A DNA stretch of 64,000 bases, taken from assembly GCA_964418775.1 (NCBI GenBank), contig CAYQNA010000005.1:3066-67065 (forward strand), in the 5' to 3' direction. Positions within the stretch are counted from its first letter, which is position 1. Every line of letters starts with the position of its first letter. Origin of the DNA: an uncultured Gammaproteobacteria bacterium. Lineage in GTDB: Bacteria; Patescibacteriota; Patescibacteriia; Magasanikbacterales; UBA922. The notes under the pieces are model-generated. The model made no database searches. It saw only the letters and a list, made by a program, of their open reading frames with translations, and was not told where the DNA came from. Below, piece by piece: positions 46,624-58,255 of this stretch. The position numbers and the translations under genes are program-made.

Positions 46624-46710
46624 TGCCTGGACTCAGGCGGCGGCGCCGGCACACGGCAGGGGTCAGCGCGGTTAAGCCTACTGCGCTGACCTCACTGACT
46701 CTTTGGATAT

Positions 46711-46739
46711 TTGACAAAATTGGTTCGACATGGTAATAT
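46711..46739 (+). promoter_or_regulatory. Promoter of nusA (TTGACA-17-TGGTAATAT extended -10)
   Basis: sequence match to sigma70 consensus ~80 bp upstream of nusA. Confidence 0.5.
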
Positions 46740-46817
46740 TTGACTATTAATGGTAGCTATAACATAGCTGCTTTTTTTATAGCCAAATTTTAACTTGTTT
46801 ATTATTTTCTAGTAGGT

Positions 46818-48047
46818 ATGTCCGAGATTACAAAAGCGATTCAGATCTTGTGCGATGACAAGGGTCTGCAGTACGAAACCGTGATGGAAGCACTCGAAGC
46901 CGCGCTCGCTGCGGCCTATCGCAAGGATTTTGGTAACCGTCAGCAGAACATCAAAGTTAAATTTGATGCCGAAACCGGTGATATGAAAGTGTGGGATGAA
47001 AAAATCGTAGTTGCCGATATTCCAGCCGAAGAATTGGAAGCGGCTCAGGAAAAATTAGCCGAACGTCGCGAAGAAGCGCGCAAAGAAGGTCGTGAATTAA
47101 CTGATGAGGAAATTACCGACCTCGTGCAGTTCAACCCTAAGACCGAAATCATGTTGGCCGAAGCGCAAGCAATTAAAAAGAAAGCTGAAATTGGCGAGAC
47201 TTTGATTATTGATTTGCCGGTGCCTGGGGACTTTGGTCGCATGGCGGCGCAAACTGCCAAGCAGGTAATTATTCAGAAAATTCGCGAGGCCGAACGCACA
47301 AGTGTAATGGCTGACTTTAAACAGCAAGAAGGTACTATTGTGCATGGTTTTGTACAACGCTTTGACCGCAGTGGTGTTTTGATTATTGACCTCGGCAAAG
47401 TGACCGGTATTGTGCCACCAGAACACCAAATTCGTCGCGAACACTTTAAGCTCGGCACCCGTACCAAATTCTACGTGGTGTCCGTGGGCATGGGCGTGCG
47501 TGGTCCAGAAATTATTTTGTCTCGCGCAGACAAGCGCATGGTCGAAGTGATTTTTGCTCAGGAAATCCCCGAAATTTCGAGTGGTGACGTGCAAATCCGC
47601 GGTATTGCGCGCGATGCTGGTGGTCGTTCCAAAGTCGCGGTTTCGACCGAAGACGACGGCATTGACCCAATTGGCGCTTGTATTGGTCAGCGCGGCAGCC
47701 GCATCACCACAATTATCGAAGAATTGGGTGGTGAAAAAGTGGACATTATCCAATACAGCCCTGACGCCGTGGCTTACATTAAGCAAGCCTTGGCTCCAGC
47801 CAAAGTTAGTGACGTGGTTTTGAATGATGCCGACAAAACTGCGGTTGCACAAGTCGTACCAGATCAATTCTCACTCGCGATTGGTCGCGAAGGCCAGAAC
47901 GTTCGCCTTGCCTCGGACCTCACAGGTTGGAAAATCACAGTCCAGGAAATTGGCGGTACAGGCTTAAGTACTGACGGTGAAACTGAATTGCCAGTAGCTG
48001 AAGCACAAACTGAGGCTGAAACTGTTACCGAAACAGCCGCTGAATAA
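46818..48047 (+). CDS. nusA: Transcription termination/antitermination factor NusA
   Basis: 409 aa; N-terminal domain, S1, two KH domains (GxxG), acidic C-tail. Confidence 0.9.
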   Translation: MSEITKAIQILCDDKGLQYETVMEALEAALAAAYRKDFGNRQQNIKVKFDAETGDMKVWDEKIVVADIPAEELEAAQEKLAERREEARKEGRELTDEEITDLVQFNPKTEIMLAEAQAIKKKAEIGETLIIDLPVPGDFGRMAAQTAKQVIIQKIREAERTSVMADFKQQEGTIVHGFVQRFDRSGVLIIDLGKVTGIVPPEHQIRREHFKLGTRTKFYVVSVGMGVRGPEIILSRADKRMVEVIFAQEIPEISSGDVQIRGIARDAGGRSKVAVSTEDDGIDPIGACIGQRGSRITTIIEELGGEKVDIIQYSPDAVAYIKQALAPAKVSDVVLNDADKTAVAQVVPDQFSLAIGREGQNVRLASDLTGWKITVQEIGGTGLSTDGETELPVAEAQTEAETVTETAAE

Positions 48048-48052
48048 TCTTT

Positions 48053-48805
48053 ATGCAAGAAATCTTCCAAACCATTATCTACCAGCCAATTTTTAATTTG
48101 TTGGTTGGTTTGTACAATGTGATCCCAGACATGGGTGTGGTGATTGCGCTGGTAACACTGGTTATTAAATTGGCGTTGTGGCCACTGACCTCGTCGTCAA
48201 TCAAAGCGCAAAAAGCCATGACAGATTTGCAGCCAAAACTCGAAGAATTAAAAGTGAAGTATAAAGACAATCAGCAACAGCTTGCACAGGAAACCATGAA
48301 GATTTACAAGGAAAATAAAGTAAATCCATTTGGTTCGTGTTTGCCGCTCCTGATCCAATTGCCAATTTTCTTGGCTTTGTATTGGGCACTGGGTGCTGGT
48401 TTATCGTCACAGAATTTTAATTTGTTGTACTCGTTCGTTCACAACCCAGGCACAATTAATACAGTAACCCTGGGGCTGTTTGACCTGAATCATGCCAGCT
48501 ACGTGCTTGCGATTTTGGCCGGTGCGGCACAGTTCTGGCAAGCCAAAATGCTCATGAGTCGCAAACCACCAAAGGCTGCAGGCGAGGGTGGTAAGGACGA
48601 AAGTATGGCTGCCATGATGAACAAGCAAATGCTGTATATGATGCCGGCGTTGACGGTAATTATTGGTTTTAAATTGCCTAGCGGTTTGACATTGTACTGG
48701 TTGATTTCTACGATTTTGACCGTGATTCAGCAAATGATTTTGTTCAAGAAACACAGTAGTCCCGCACCAGACGTAATTGAAGGTAAAATAGTTGACCAAA
48801 AGTAA
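48053..48805 (+). CDS. yidC: Membrane protein insertase YidC (short, Gram-positive/CPR type)
   Basis: 250 aa; five-TM Oxa1/YidC core with conserved GCLPLLIQLPIF helix. Confidence 0.85.
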   Translation: MQEIFQTIIYQPIFNLLVGLYNVIPDMGVVIALVTLVIKLALWPLTSSSIKAQKAMTDLQPKLEELKVKYKDNQQQLAQETMKIYKENKVNPFGSCLPLLIQLPIFLALYWALGAGLSSQNFNLLYSFVHNPGTINTVTLGLFDLNHASYVLAILAGAAQFWQAKMLMSRKPPKAAGEGGKDESMAAMMNKQMLYMMPALTVIIGFKLPSGLTLYWLISTILTVIQQMILFKKHSSPAPDVIEGKIVDQK

Positions 48806-48810
48806 GCAAG

Positions 48811-48841
48811 AAACCGGCCTTGGGCCGGTTTTCTTTTTTTT
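48811..48841 (+). terminator. Rho-independent terminator after yidC
   Basis: aaaccggcc ttg ggccggtttt cttttttt. Confidence 0.6.
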
Positions 48842-48869
48842 AGGTGTGGGGTACACTTAGGGGAACATT

Positions 48870-49820
48870 TTGTCTATGCGTCTGCTCCAAGAATCCATTC
48901 TCAACACTCTCGCGTTTTTTGCGATTTTTGATTGGCCGCTGACTGCGACCGAGGTGCATGACCGGCTTTGGGACGCGCCAGTCGGTATTGGCCCGAGTGA
49001 GGTGATTGTTGAGCTCGAGAAGCTCGTGCAGGCGGGGATTGTGGTCAGTGGGGGTGGTTATTTTGCGTTGGAAAATATGGCAGCCGCACGTGAACGCCGG
49101 CGGGGAGCCCATTGGCTCGTAATGCACAAACTCAAGCGGGCGCGTCGAGCTTTGCGTTTTGCGGCCTGGGTACCATTTATGCGTGCGGTTTTTATTTGCA
49201 ATACAGTGGCATTTGGTTGGCCACGCGCGCAAAGCGACATTGACGTGTTTGTGGTAGTGCGCCGCGAACGATTGTGGCTCACCCGCCTTTTATTGACCGT
49301 CGCAATTAGCGTATCTGGTTACCGACGCCACGGTAAGCACGTGGCCGACCGTGTGTGTTTGAGTTTTTATATTACGGACAATGTACTTGACTTAAGCTCA
49401 GTGCGCCGGGGTGAAGATGATGTTCTTCTTACGTATTGGAGTTTGTCTTTGCATCCGCTGTATGATCCAGAAAATGTCGCGGCCGAAGTACGCGCGGCCA
49501 ATGTGTGGGCAACAGCGCGTGTGTCTAATGCGCCAACTGATGTCATGATGCACCCAAATTCACCACGGTTTTGGTTTAGTTTGAAAATTAAAAAATTACT
49601 TGAAAAAATATTGGCCGGCACACTTGGTTCGATTTTAAATACGTGGGCCGGTGTTTTGCAAAAACGCAAAATGCAAGGTAACGAGGAGAGTGTCCAAAAT
49701 TTTCCGGATAGCCGAGTGGTAATCTCAGACACCATGCTCAAATTTCACGAAAATGACCGTCGCGACCTGTACCGTGAACAGTGGAATATTCGACGCGAAG
49801 CAGCTAGGGCGCGCCTATGA
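48870..49820 (+). CDS. Hypothetical protein, possible winged-helix + Pol-beta-type nucleotidyltransferase fold
   Basis: 316 aa; AFGWPRAQSDIDVFVVV fits hG[GS]...DxD NTase motif loosely; no other motif. Confidence 0.35.
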   Translation: MSMRLLQESILNTLAFFAIFDWPLTATEVHDRLWDAPVGIGPSEVIVELEKLVQAGIVVSGGGYFALENMAAARERRRGAHWLVMHKLKRARRALRFAAWVPFMRAVFICNTVAFGWPRAQSDIDVFVVVRRERLWLTRLLLTVAISVSGYRRHGKHVADRVCLSFYITDNVLDLSSVRRGEDDVLLTYWSLSLHPLYDPENVAAEVRAANVWATARVSNAPTDVMMHPNSPRFWFSLKIKKLLEKILAGTLGSILNTWAGVLQKRKMQGNEESVQNFPDSRVVISDTMLKFHENDRRDLYREQWNIRREAARARL

Positions 49821-51007
49821 AAAAGTATTGGGAATACGTGGTCCTCGCGTGGTTGGCGCTTGTGCCTTGGGGCACAGTTTTGATCATGCGCGATGCGGCG
49901 GTTGAATATGAAAAATTGTTGCTGTACGGAACTGAGATTTTGTTTTGGTCTTTGTTTATTTGGGGTTTGAGTGCGCGATTTTTTGAGCGGCCAAAGTTAA
50001 ATTGGCGCATGTATTTGCTCGCATTTTTTTTAGTGATCAATATCTTCGCCTCAGCTGATTGGTTATTGAGTTTGCAAAGCGTGCGATTATTGTTAATGGC
50101 GGCGAGCATAATTTGGTTGCTAGGAAAAAATACAATTCCGAATCAAAAAATTACATTCGCGTTTGGAATTGGGATGATGCCGGTAATTGGTTTGGGACTC
50201 GCCCAGTTTTTCTGGCAAACTGCCTGGGGTTTTAAATGGCTAGGATTATCGTCACACCTGGCCTGGGAGCCTGGCGCCAGTGTAGTGGTGGGTGAATTTG
50301 GCCGTTGGCTTCGCGCCTATGGTTCGTTTCCGCATCCCAATATTTTTGGCGGGTACTTGGTACTCACAATTTTGTTGTCTGCGTTTGGAATTAAAAATAA
50401 TCACTACCAAAAATTTTGGTTGCTGCTCGTCGGATTCGCTAGTGTGTGTTTGGTATTTACATTTAGCCGCAGTGCTTGGCTTGGTTTATTGGCAGCATTT
50501 GTGGTTGGTTGGAAATGGTTTAAAGATGAACAGTTGCGTATGTGGTGGGTAGTAGTTTTGCTGAGTGCAATTGCGGCCGCGAGTTTGGTGTGGCCGCTCA
50601 TTGTTGGACGCGCGCAAATCACGGGCGTATATGAGCAGCAATCTGTAGACGAGCGGGTGGGCGGGTGGCACGAGGCAATCGCGATTTGGAAAACAAAACC
50701 ACTACTTGGGGTGGGTTTGGGGAATTATACAACCGCAGTTCAGCAGATCTACCCAACTAACCCAACATGGGCATATCAACCCGTTCATAACCTGGCCCTC
50801 CTTTTGCTGGCTGAACTGGGTGTGGCAGGTTTAATTTTAGTGTTCAGTGTATTTTTGGTACCTTTATGGCGCGCCCGAACCCACTGGTGGTGGGTGCCCC
50901 CAATCGCAATTATTGGCTTATTTGACCACTATTTTTTGACTTTGTACCCGGGCTTACTCCTCCTTGGTCTTTGGGTTGGTACCTGGGTAAAATTTGTACA
51001 CAGGTAA
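49817..51007 (+). CDS. O-antigen ligase/polymerase-like membrane protein (Wzy_C family)
   Basis: 396 aa; ~11 TM; FTFSRSAWLGLL and HN..LxxLAELG motifs. Confidence 0.7.
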   Translation: MKKYWEYVVLAWLALVPWGTVLIMRDAAVEYEKLLLYGTEILFWSLFIWGLSARFFERPKLNWRMYLLAFFLVINIFASADWLLSLQSVRLLLMAASIIWLLGKNTIPNQKITFAFGIGMMPVIGLGLAQFFWQTAWGFKWLGLSSHLAWEPGASVVVGEFGRWLRAYGSFPHPNIFGGYLVLTILLSAFGIKNNHYQKFWLLLVGFASVCLVFTFSRSAWLGLLAAFVVGWKWFKDEQLRMWWVVVLLSAIAAASLVWPLIVGRAQITGVYEQQSVDERVGGWHEAIAIWKTKPLLGVGLGNYTTAVQQIYPTNPTWAYQPVHNLALLLLAELGVAGLILVFSVFLVPLWRARTHWWWVPPIAIIGLFDHYFLTLYPGLLLLGLWVGTWVKFVHR

Positions 51008-51227
51008 TCCACTGTTTATCCCCGTTGACGTTTTTTCGCCTCAATCTAGCCAAGTTGACTAAACCCCAAAACTCCCGTATAGTTACTAAAGCGTTAAAGA
51101 ACCCACGCTTGGTAATAGGCACGAATTGTACGCCAAGGGAGCCCGTGTTACTGACAGGCATCACGGTCTCATACCGGTCGTCTATTTGAGCTTATTACCG
51201 AGCCTGGGTTTTTTGTTAGGCGAGGTC

Positions 51228-51287
51228 TTGACAAGAAAAAAAACTCATGTAAAAATGTCTTTATCACTCTCGCGTGGGGAGTGATAA
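51228..51287 (+). promoter_or_regulatory. groESL promoter with CIRCE-like HrcA operator
   Basis: TTGACA (51228-51233), TAAAAAT (51250-51256), inverted repeat TTATCACTC-N9-GAGTGATAA (51261-51287) resembling CIRCE TTAGCACTC-N9-GAGTGCTAA. Confidence 0.6.
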
Positions 51288-51311
51288 AAATCCTAATTTT
51301 TTACTTATTAT

Positions 51312-51605
51312 ATGCAGATTAAACCACTCGGCGACCACATTGTGGTTAAGTTGGTTAAGGAGGAAGAAGTAACCGCGTCAGGTATCGTCCTACCAGATAC
51401 GGTGGATAAGGAAAAAAAGGCCGAAGGCGAAGTGGTGGCGGTTGGCCCGGGCAAACTGCTCGACAGTGGTGCCCGCGCCGCTATGGAAGTAAAAGTTGGT
51501 GATCGCGTACTTATCAAAAAGTGGGGTGGCGACGAAGTGGAAGTTGACCGCCAAGAATACAAAATTGTCGCACAGAGCGATGTGTTGGCAGTGTTGGAAA
51601 AATAA
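51312..51605 (+). CDS. groES: Co-chaperonin GroES
   Basis: 97 aa canonical. Confidence 0.95.
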   Translation: MQIKPLGDHIVVKLVKEEEVTASGIVLPDTVDKEKKAEGEVVAVGPGKLLDSGARAAMEVKVGDRVLIKKWGGDEVEVDRQEYKIVAQSDVLAVLEK

Positions 51606-51616
51606 TTTCACTTTGA

Positions 51617-53263
<1,647 letters not shown>

Positions 53264-53281
53264 TTTGTTTAAAAATATAAA

Positions 53282-53312
53282 ACAACCCTAGAACGCTAGG
53301 GTTGTTTTTTTA
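53282..53312 (+). terminator. Rho-independent terminator after groEL
   Basis: acaaccctag aacg ctagggttgt + T7. Confidence 0.65.
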
Positions 53313-53338
53313 TTTGAATTTAGGTAGAGTGTGGTCAT

Positions 53339-54457
53339 ATGAGCGACGCATTATTTAGTTTAAAAGCTAAAATAACCGAAACAGTGCGGGTTTTGGATAT
53401 CGCCGCCAAACGTGCCGAAATGAAGGATTTAGAAACGCACATGCAAGCGCCGGATTTTTGGTCGCAGCCTGAAAAGGCGAGTGTGGTGGCACGCAATTTT
53501 GAAGCCCTCAAAGATGAGGTCGAAGGTTGGGAAAAATTACAGTCTAATGTGAATGAGTTAATTCATTTAGCTGAAGAGTTAGCGATTAGTCCTGACGCGG
53601 AAATGAGTGCTGAGGTTGAGAAGCAAACCCAGGAATTGCAGGCTGAATTTGCGCATCGTGAATTTTTCTTATTATTTTCGGGCAAGCACGATGCCAAAAA
53701 TGCAATCGTCTCGTTCCATGCTGGTTCGGGTGGTACCGAAGCGCAAGATTGGACCGAAATGCTCGTGCGCATGATTTCACGCTTTGCCGAACACAAGGGC
53801 TGGAAAGTCGAATTGCTCGAAGAAACACGTGGTGGCGAAGCCGGAATTAAATCCGCCCTGTTCCGTATTAGCGGCCGTTACGCGTATGGCCAATTGCAGT
53901 CCGAGCATGGCACACACCGGCTGGTGCGCATTTCACCATTTGATGCGGAGCAAATGCGCCACACCTCGTTTTCGTTGATCGAAGTTGTGCCAGAAATTGA
54001 ATCAGTTGATGCTGTGCTCGACATGAAAGATTTGCGTATTGATGTGTTTATGGCTGGTGGTAAGGGTGGGCAAAGCGTGAACACTACATATTCAGCAGTG
54101 CGCGTTGTGCATGTGCCAACTGGTGTGACTGTACAGTGCCAAAACGAGCGCTCGCAACAACAGAACAAAGAAATGGCACTCAAAGTTTTGGCTGGTAAAT
54201 TGCAGAAAATGCAGGAAGACAAAGAAGCCAACGAGCGCGCGGCTCTGCGCGGTGAATTCAAGAGCCCAGAGTGGGGGAGTCAAATCCGCTCATACGTCTT
54301 GCACCCGTATCACATGGTCAAGGACTTGCGCACGCGCTACGAAACCGCAGACACAGATGCGGTTTTGAATGGTGAACTTGATGCGTTAGTTGAAGCTTAC
54401 TTGCGTTGGGTAGCTGAGGGACGCCCAGATCGCAAAGGTGCGGCCAATGACGAATAA
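53339..54457 (+). CDS. prfB: Peptide chain release factor 2 (single ORF, no programmed frameshift)
   Basis: 372 aa; SPF tripeptide motif, GGQ motif (GGKGGQSVNTT). Confidence 0.9.
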   Translation: MSDALFSLKAKITETVRVLDIAAKRAEMKDLETHMQAPDFWSQPEKASVVARNFEALKDEVEGWEKLQSNVNELIHLAEELAISPDAEMSAEVEKQTQELQAEFAHREFFLLFSGKHDAKNAIVSFHAGSGGTEAQDWTEMLVRMISRFAEHKGWKVELLEETRGGEAGIKSALFRISGRYAYGQLQSEHGTHRLVRISPFDAEQMRHTSFSLIEVVPEIESVDAVLDMKDLRIDVFMAGGKGGQSVNTTYSAVRVVHVPTGVTVQCQNERSQQQNKEMALKVLAGKLQKMQEDKEANERAALRGEFKSPEWGSQIRSYVLHPYHMVKDLRTRYETADTDAVLNGELDALVEAYLRWVAEGRPDRKGAANDE

Positions 54458-54492
54458 TGCTATAATCACTTGGCTAATAATTAATAAACACT

Positions 54493-55620
54493 ATGAAAAA
54501 AATCTTCATCACTACGGTCGCAGCCTTGGTACTCGTCCCAACCCTTGTGTCGGCAGCGCAGCCAACTGCCAGCAGCATTATTCGTCAAAGTCTCCGCTCA
54601 TGGGGCTCGATCGAACAATCGCGCGGTCAGGCCATTACGCTTGACATGGCTGTGAATTATCAGAAAACCTACAATGACAAAAAGAAAGCCGCTGACCAAT
54701 ACGCCCTTAAGCTCAACGTGGGCGGCACGGATTTTCCAGTGACTGAATTACAAAGTAACAGTGAGTTAAACTATTCGATTCCACAGCTTTTGGTTAAATC
54801 CGAAGGCGAAACAATTGTCGATGCCACAAATGCTTTTTCCGCTGACGCGCGTTTGTTCCCAGTTGAAAAAGCGGCCTATGTGCGTCTTAATCACCTCGAT
54901 GGCGCGGCTGTCAACATGCTCAAAGAATTGGGTATGAACGTCGATCCAATCATGGGCAGCTGGATTAAATTCAGTTTAGATGATGCCAAAAGTTTGTTAG
55001 GTTCGGGTGAAGCCTCGGCGGTGTCTGTTGACACATTTACGAACGAAGCAGAATTAAAAGAATTGCGTACCTGGTATTTGGCCAATGAATTAAAACTCGG
55101 TTCGCCGGTTACAATTAGTAGTTCGGGTCGTATTACCAAAAATGCAGCTGGTGAAAAAGTACAAACCGTGCGTGTGGTGCCAAACTCCCGTTGGTACGCG
55201 CCAATCGAGGCTTTGGCTTTGAAGGAGTACAAGAAAAATAATCCAAGCGCCACTGCGGCCGAAGTGCGTGAATACCGAAAGGAATTCAAGGCCGATTTGG
55301 CTAAGTTCAAACAGGCTGTAGCCAAAATCAATGTACAAGTGAGTGTAAATTTAACAACTGCCAAAATCACAGGCGTAACGGTATCGTTTAAAGATAGCAA
55401 AGTTGCGTACCGCACTCATTACAGTTATGTGCGAGGCAGAGAGGTGACCAGAAAAATCGCCGAAGGTCGTGAAGCAATTAATATTTCCGCTGGTCTAAAT
55501 TGGGGCCCAGCCGTAAGTAGTGCGCTTGGTGAGCCGAAAACTGCGCTCACTCCAGAAGCAGCTTGGGCTTTGGTCTACCCAAAAACAACTTCGAGCACAC
55601 TTGACTTAAGCACACTGTAA
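54493..55620 (+). CDS. Secreted hypothetical protein
   Basis: 375 aa; signal peptide; no motif. Confidence 0.4.
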   Translation: MKKIFITTVAALVLVPTLVSAAQPTASSIIRQSLRSWGSIEQSRGQAITLDMAVNYQKTYNDKKKAADQYALKLNVGGTDFPVTELQSNSELNYSIPQLLVKSEGETIVDATNAFSADARLFPVEKAAYVRLNHLDGAAVNMLKELGMNVDPIMGSWIKFSLDDAKSLLGSGEASAVSVDTFTNEAELKELRTWYLANELKLGSPVTISSSGRITKNAAGEKVQTVRVVPNSRWYAPIEALALKEYKKNNPSATAAEVREYRKEFKADLAKFKQAVAKINVQVSVNLTTAKITGVTVSFKDSKVAYRTHYSYVRGREVTRKIAEGREAINISAGLNWGPAVSSALGEPKTALTPEAAWALVYPKTTSSTLDLSTL

Positions 55621-56147
55621 TGAAGTTATCGTGGAGCCACAAATTGTTTTTGTACGTAAATCGTTGGGCCGGTAAATCGCGGGCCTATGATGTGCTCGTG
55701 CGGTTTTGGGCTGAGTATGCGCTATTCTTGCTCGCCGCCGCTGTCGTTGTATTTTTACTGTGGCAAAACCTACACATCGCGACCGTAATTTTTGTGTTCG
55801 TGTGGTTGCCGCTCATGTGGGTCGCAGGCATGGGCATAAGTTGGCTTGTCGGGTGGGCTTATCCGCACCGTCGGCCAGCCATTGAGTTCCCTAAAACTCA
55901 CCAAATCATTACCCCGCTTAGTAATTGGAAATCATTACCCAGTGACCACGCTTTTTCTGCGTGGTTATTGGTTTTTGCGGCTATTTTTGGTTCTACAGCT
56001 AGCGTGAGTCTATTGCCACTCGTGGTGTTTGTGGGGTGCGCTGTATTTATTTCTGCTGCCCGGGTTTTGGCCGGGGTCCACTACCCACGCGATATTGTTG
56101 CGGGTACGGTCTTGGCCGGGGTTGTCGCCTGGGCATTTTTCGGGTAA
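55620..56147 (+). CDS. PAP2-family phosphatase (undecaprenyl-diphosphatase-like)
   Basis: 175 aa; RP, PSDH, SAARVLAGVHYPRD motifs. Confidence 0.7.
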   Translation: MKLSWSHKLFLYVNRWAGKSRAYDVLVRFWAEYALFLLAAAVVVFLLWQNLHIATVIFVFVWLPLMWVAGMGISWLVGWAYPHRRPAIEFPKTHQIITPLSNWKSLPSDHAFSAWLLVFAAIFGSTASVSLLPLVVFVGCAVFISAARVLAGVHYPRDIVAGTVLAGVVAWAFFG

Positions 56148-56159
56148 AGTTAATCCACT

Positions 56160-57209
56160 ATGCAAACAATTATTTTTGCTGGTGGCGCTGGGACCCGCCT
56201 GTGGCCCCTTAGTCGCCGCCGCACTCCCAAGCAGTTTGAAAAATTAAAAGACGACCAGTCCACGCTCGAAATGGCGGTGGAGCGGATTCAACCACTGGGT
56301 TTGGAAAATGTGTATATTGCGACCCAAGCCGAATACAGTGAGATTATTCGCGAGCAATTGCCTGAGATTCCCGTTGACCATGTGATGATCGAGCCAGCGC
56401 GCCGCGATTTGGCGGCTGCGGTTGGTTTGGCTTTGTTCCGCCTCAAAGCGCAGGGTGCGAGTGGTCCGACCGCAATTTTGTGGGCTGACCATTTTATGGA
56501 TCACCCTGATAATTTTTTAGCCGCGCTTAAACAAGGCGAACAGTTGGTCAAAAAAAATTCACAGCAGCTTGTTTTCCTTGGTGAAAAAGCGCGCTTTGCG
56601 AATCACAATTTGGGTTGGATCAAACTGGGTCAGTCGGTGCATGATAATGTCTATCAATTTGAGGCGTGGAAATATCGTCCTGAACTCGAGCAGTGCCGTC
56701 AAATGTTTGCGAGTCATGACTGGGTGTGGAATCCAGGCTACTTTATTTTTGACCTGGATTTCTTGCTCGAGTTGTATCGTATTCACCAACCAGAATTAAG
56801 TGCGGCACTTCAAGAAATGGTGACTGACCCGACGCAATTGTATGGTTATAATAAATTGCCCGCATTATCGTTTGACCAAGCCATTATTGAAAAAATTTCC
56901 CCAGACCAGGCCGTGGTCCTTAAAGTAAATTTGGGTTGGAATGATCCGGGCACACTATACGCACTCAAACAAGCGCTTGCGCCAGGTGAAACTGAAAATT
57001 ATATTGTGGGTAATACCAAGGTTTTGGATTCGCAAGATTGTTTGGTTTACAATGGTGAGCCGACCAAAATTGTGACTGCGATTGGGCTCGATGGCGTGGT
57101 GGTTGTGAATACTGGCGACGCACTCCTCGTTTGTCACAAGGACAAGGTACCAGAAATCAAAACCTTATTGGCCGAACTCGAGGCTGATGGGAAAACTAAT
57201 TATCTCTAG
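56160..57209 (+). CDS. manC: Mannose-1-phosphate guanylyltransferase
   Basis: 349 aa; IIFAGGAGTRLWPLSRRRTPKQF signature N-terminus. Confidence 0.75.
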   Translation: MQTIIFAGGAGTRLWPLSRRRTPKQFEKLKDDQSTLEMAVERIQPLGLENVYIATQAEYSEIIREQLPEIPVDHVMIEPARRDLAAAVGLALFRLKAQGASGPTAILWADHFMDHPDNFLAALKQGEQLVKKNSQQLVFLGEKARFANHNLGWIKLGQSVHDNVYQFEAWKYRPELEQCRQMFASHDWVWNPGYFIFDLDFLLELYRIHQPELSAALQEMVTDPTQLYGYNKLPALSFDQAIIEKISPDQAVVLKVNLGWNDPGTLYALKQALAPGETENYIVGNTKVLDSQDCLVYNGEPTKIVTAIGLDGVVVVNTGDALLVCHKDKVPEIKTLLAELEADGKTNYL

Positions 57210-57212
57210 CAT

Positions 57213-58253
57213 ATGCGGTTGCTGCGCTGGGTCGTTTTGTTAGGGCTCGCGTATGCAGGCTGGTGTGTGGCAGCCATGTTTTGGTTGAGTTTGTCGACTG
57301 GCGCTCAGGCTGGGGAGCCGCTTCATTTTACTGTGGCCCAAGGCGCCTCGTACGATGTGTTAGAAAAACATTTGGCTACGCAGTGGCCACGCAAAAAACT
57401 GACTGATTTGCCACTTAAATTGTACGTAAAGTGGGCTGGGATAGACCGTAAACTTGTACCTGGTGATTACACGGTGTTGCCACCGCACACAGCCAAACGA
57501 TTTGTAGAAGCGCTGGAACGTGGACCAAGTCAGGGTGAGACATTTACCATTATCCCGGGTTGGGATTTGCGCGACATTGCGAATGCGCTTGTAAAATCTG
57601 GCCGCGCCAGCACTACGGATGCAGTGTATACACTGCTTGGCAAGCCAGCGGCGTGGGGCAAACCTGGCTACCAACCAACGGCGCTTACTTTGTTTGCTGA
57701 CGGTAAACCAGCCAATGTGAGTTGGGAAGGCTATTTAGCGCCTGAAACCATTGCGTTTGCCAATGATGCTACTATTGAGGACATTGCTCGTAAATTTTCC
57801 GAGCACCAAATAGAATTGTTCACACCGAAAATGCTCGCGGATATTAAAGCAAAAAAACGCACTGTGCACGAAATTTTAACCATGGCGTCATTGCTCGAAC
57901 GCGAAGTGCGTTCGGTTAAGGACAAGACCATCGTGGCTGATATTTTTTGGAAGCGGCACGATGCGAATATGGGCTTGCAAGCTGACTCAACTGTGCATTA
58001 TGCGACGGGTAAAGAGGGGAGTGTGTTCACTTCCAACGCTGACCGTGACAGCAAAAACCCCTGGAATACGTATGAATACCCGCAGTTGCCGCCTGGTCCA
58101 ATTGCGTCACCAAGCGTAGCTTCAATCCAAGCGGCTATTTATCCCGAAGCCAACGATTACTGGTATTTCTTAACCACGCTTGATACGGGCGAAGTAAAAT
58201 ACGGCCGCACCCTCGCCGAGCACAATGCTAATGTGCAAAAATATTTACGCTAA
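57213..58253 (+). CDS. mltG: Endolytic murein transglycosylase MltG (YceG-like)
   Basis: 346 aa; N-terminal TM, YceG domain pattern incl. C-terminal YFLTT...G...Y region. Confidence 0.75.
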   Translation: MRLLRWVVLLGLAYAGWCVAAMFWLSLSTGAQAGEPLHFTVAQGASYDVLEKHLATQWPRKKLTDLPLKLYVKWAGIDRKLVPGDYTVLPPHTAKRFVEALERGPSQGETFTIIPGWDLRDIANALVKSGRASTTDAVYTLLGKPAAWGKPGYQPTALTLFADGKPANVSWEGYLAPETIAFANDATIEDIARKFSEHQIELFTPKMLADIKAKKRTVHEILTMASLLEREVRSVKDKTIVADIFWKRHDANMGLQADSTVHYATGKEGSVFTSNADRDSKNPWNTYEYPQLPPGPIASPSVASIQAAIYPEANDYWYFLTTLDTGEVKYGRTLAEHNANVQKYLR

Positions 58254-58255
58254 AT

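Noticed and set aside
53339-53450. Programmed +1 frameshift site in prfB
   Set aside because: The ORF is continuous from ATG 53339 through the usual frameshift region; no in-frame UGA or CUU UGA C motif
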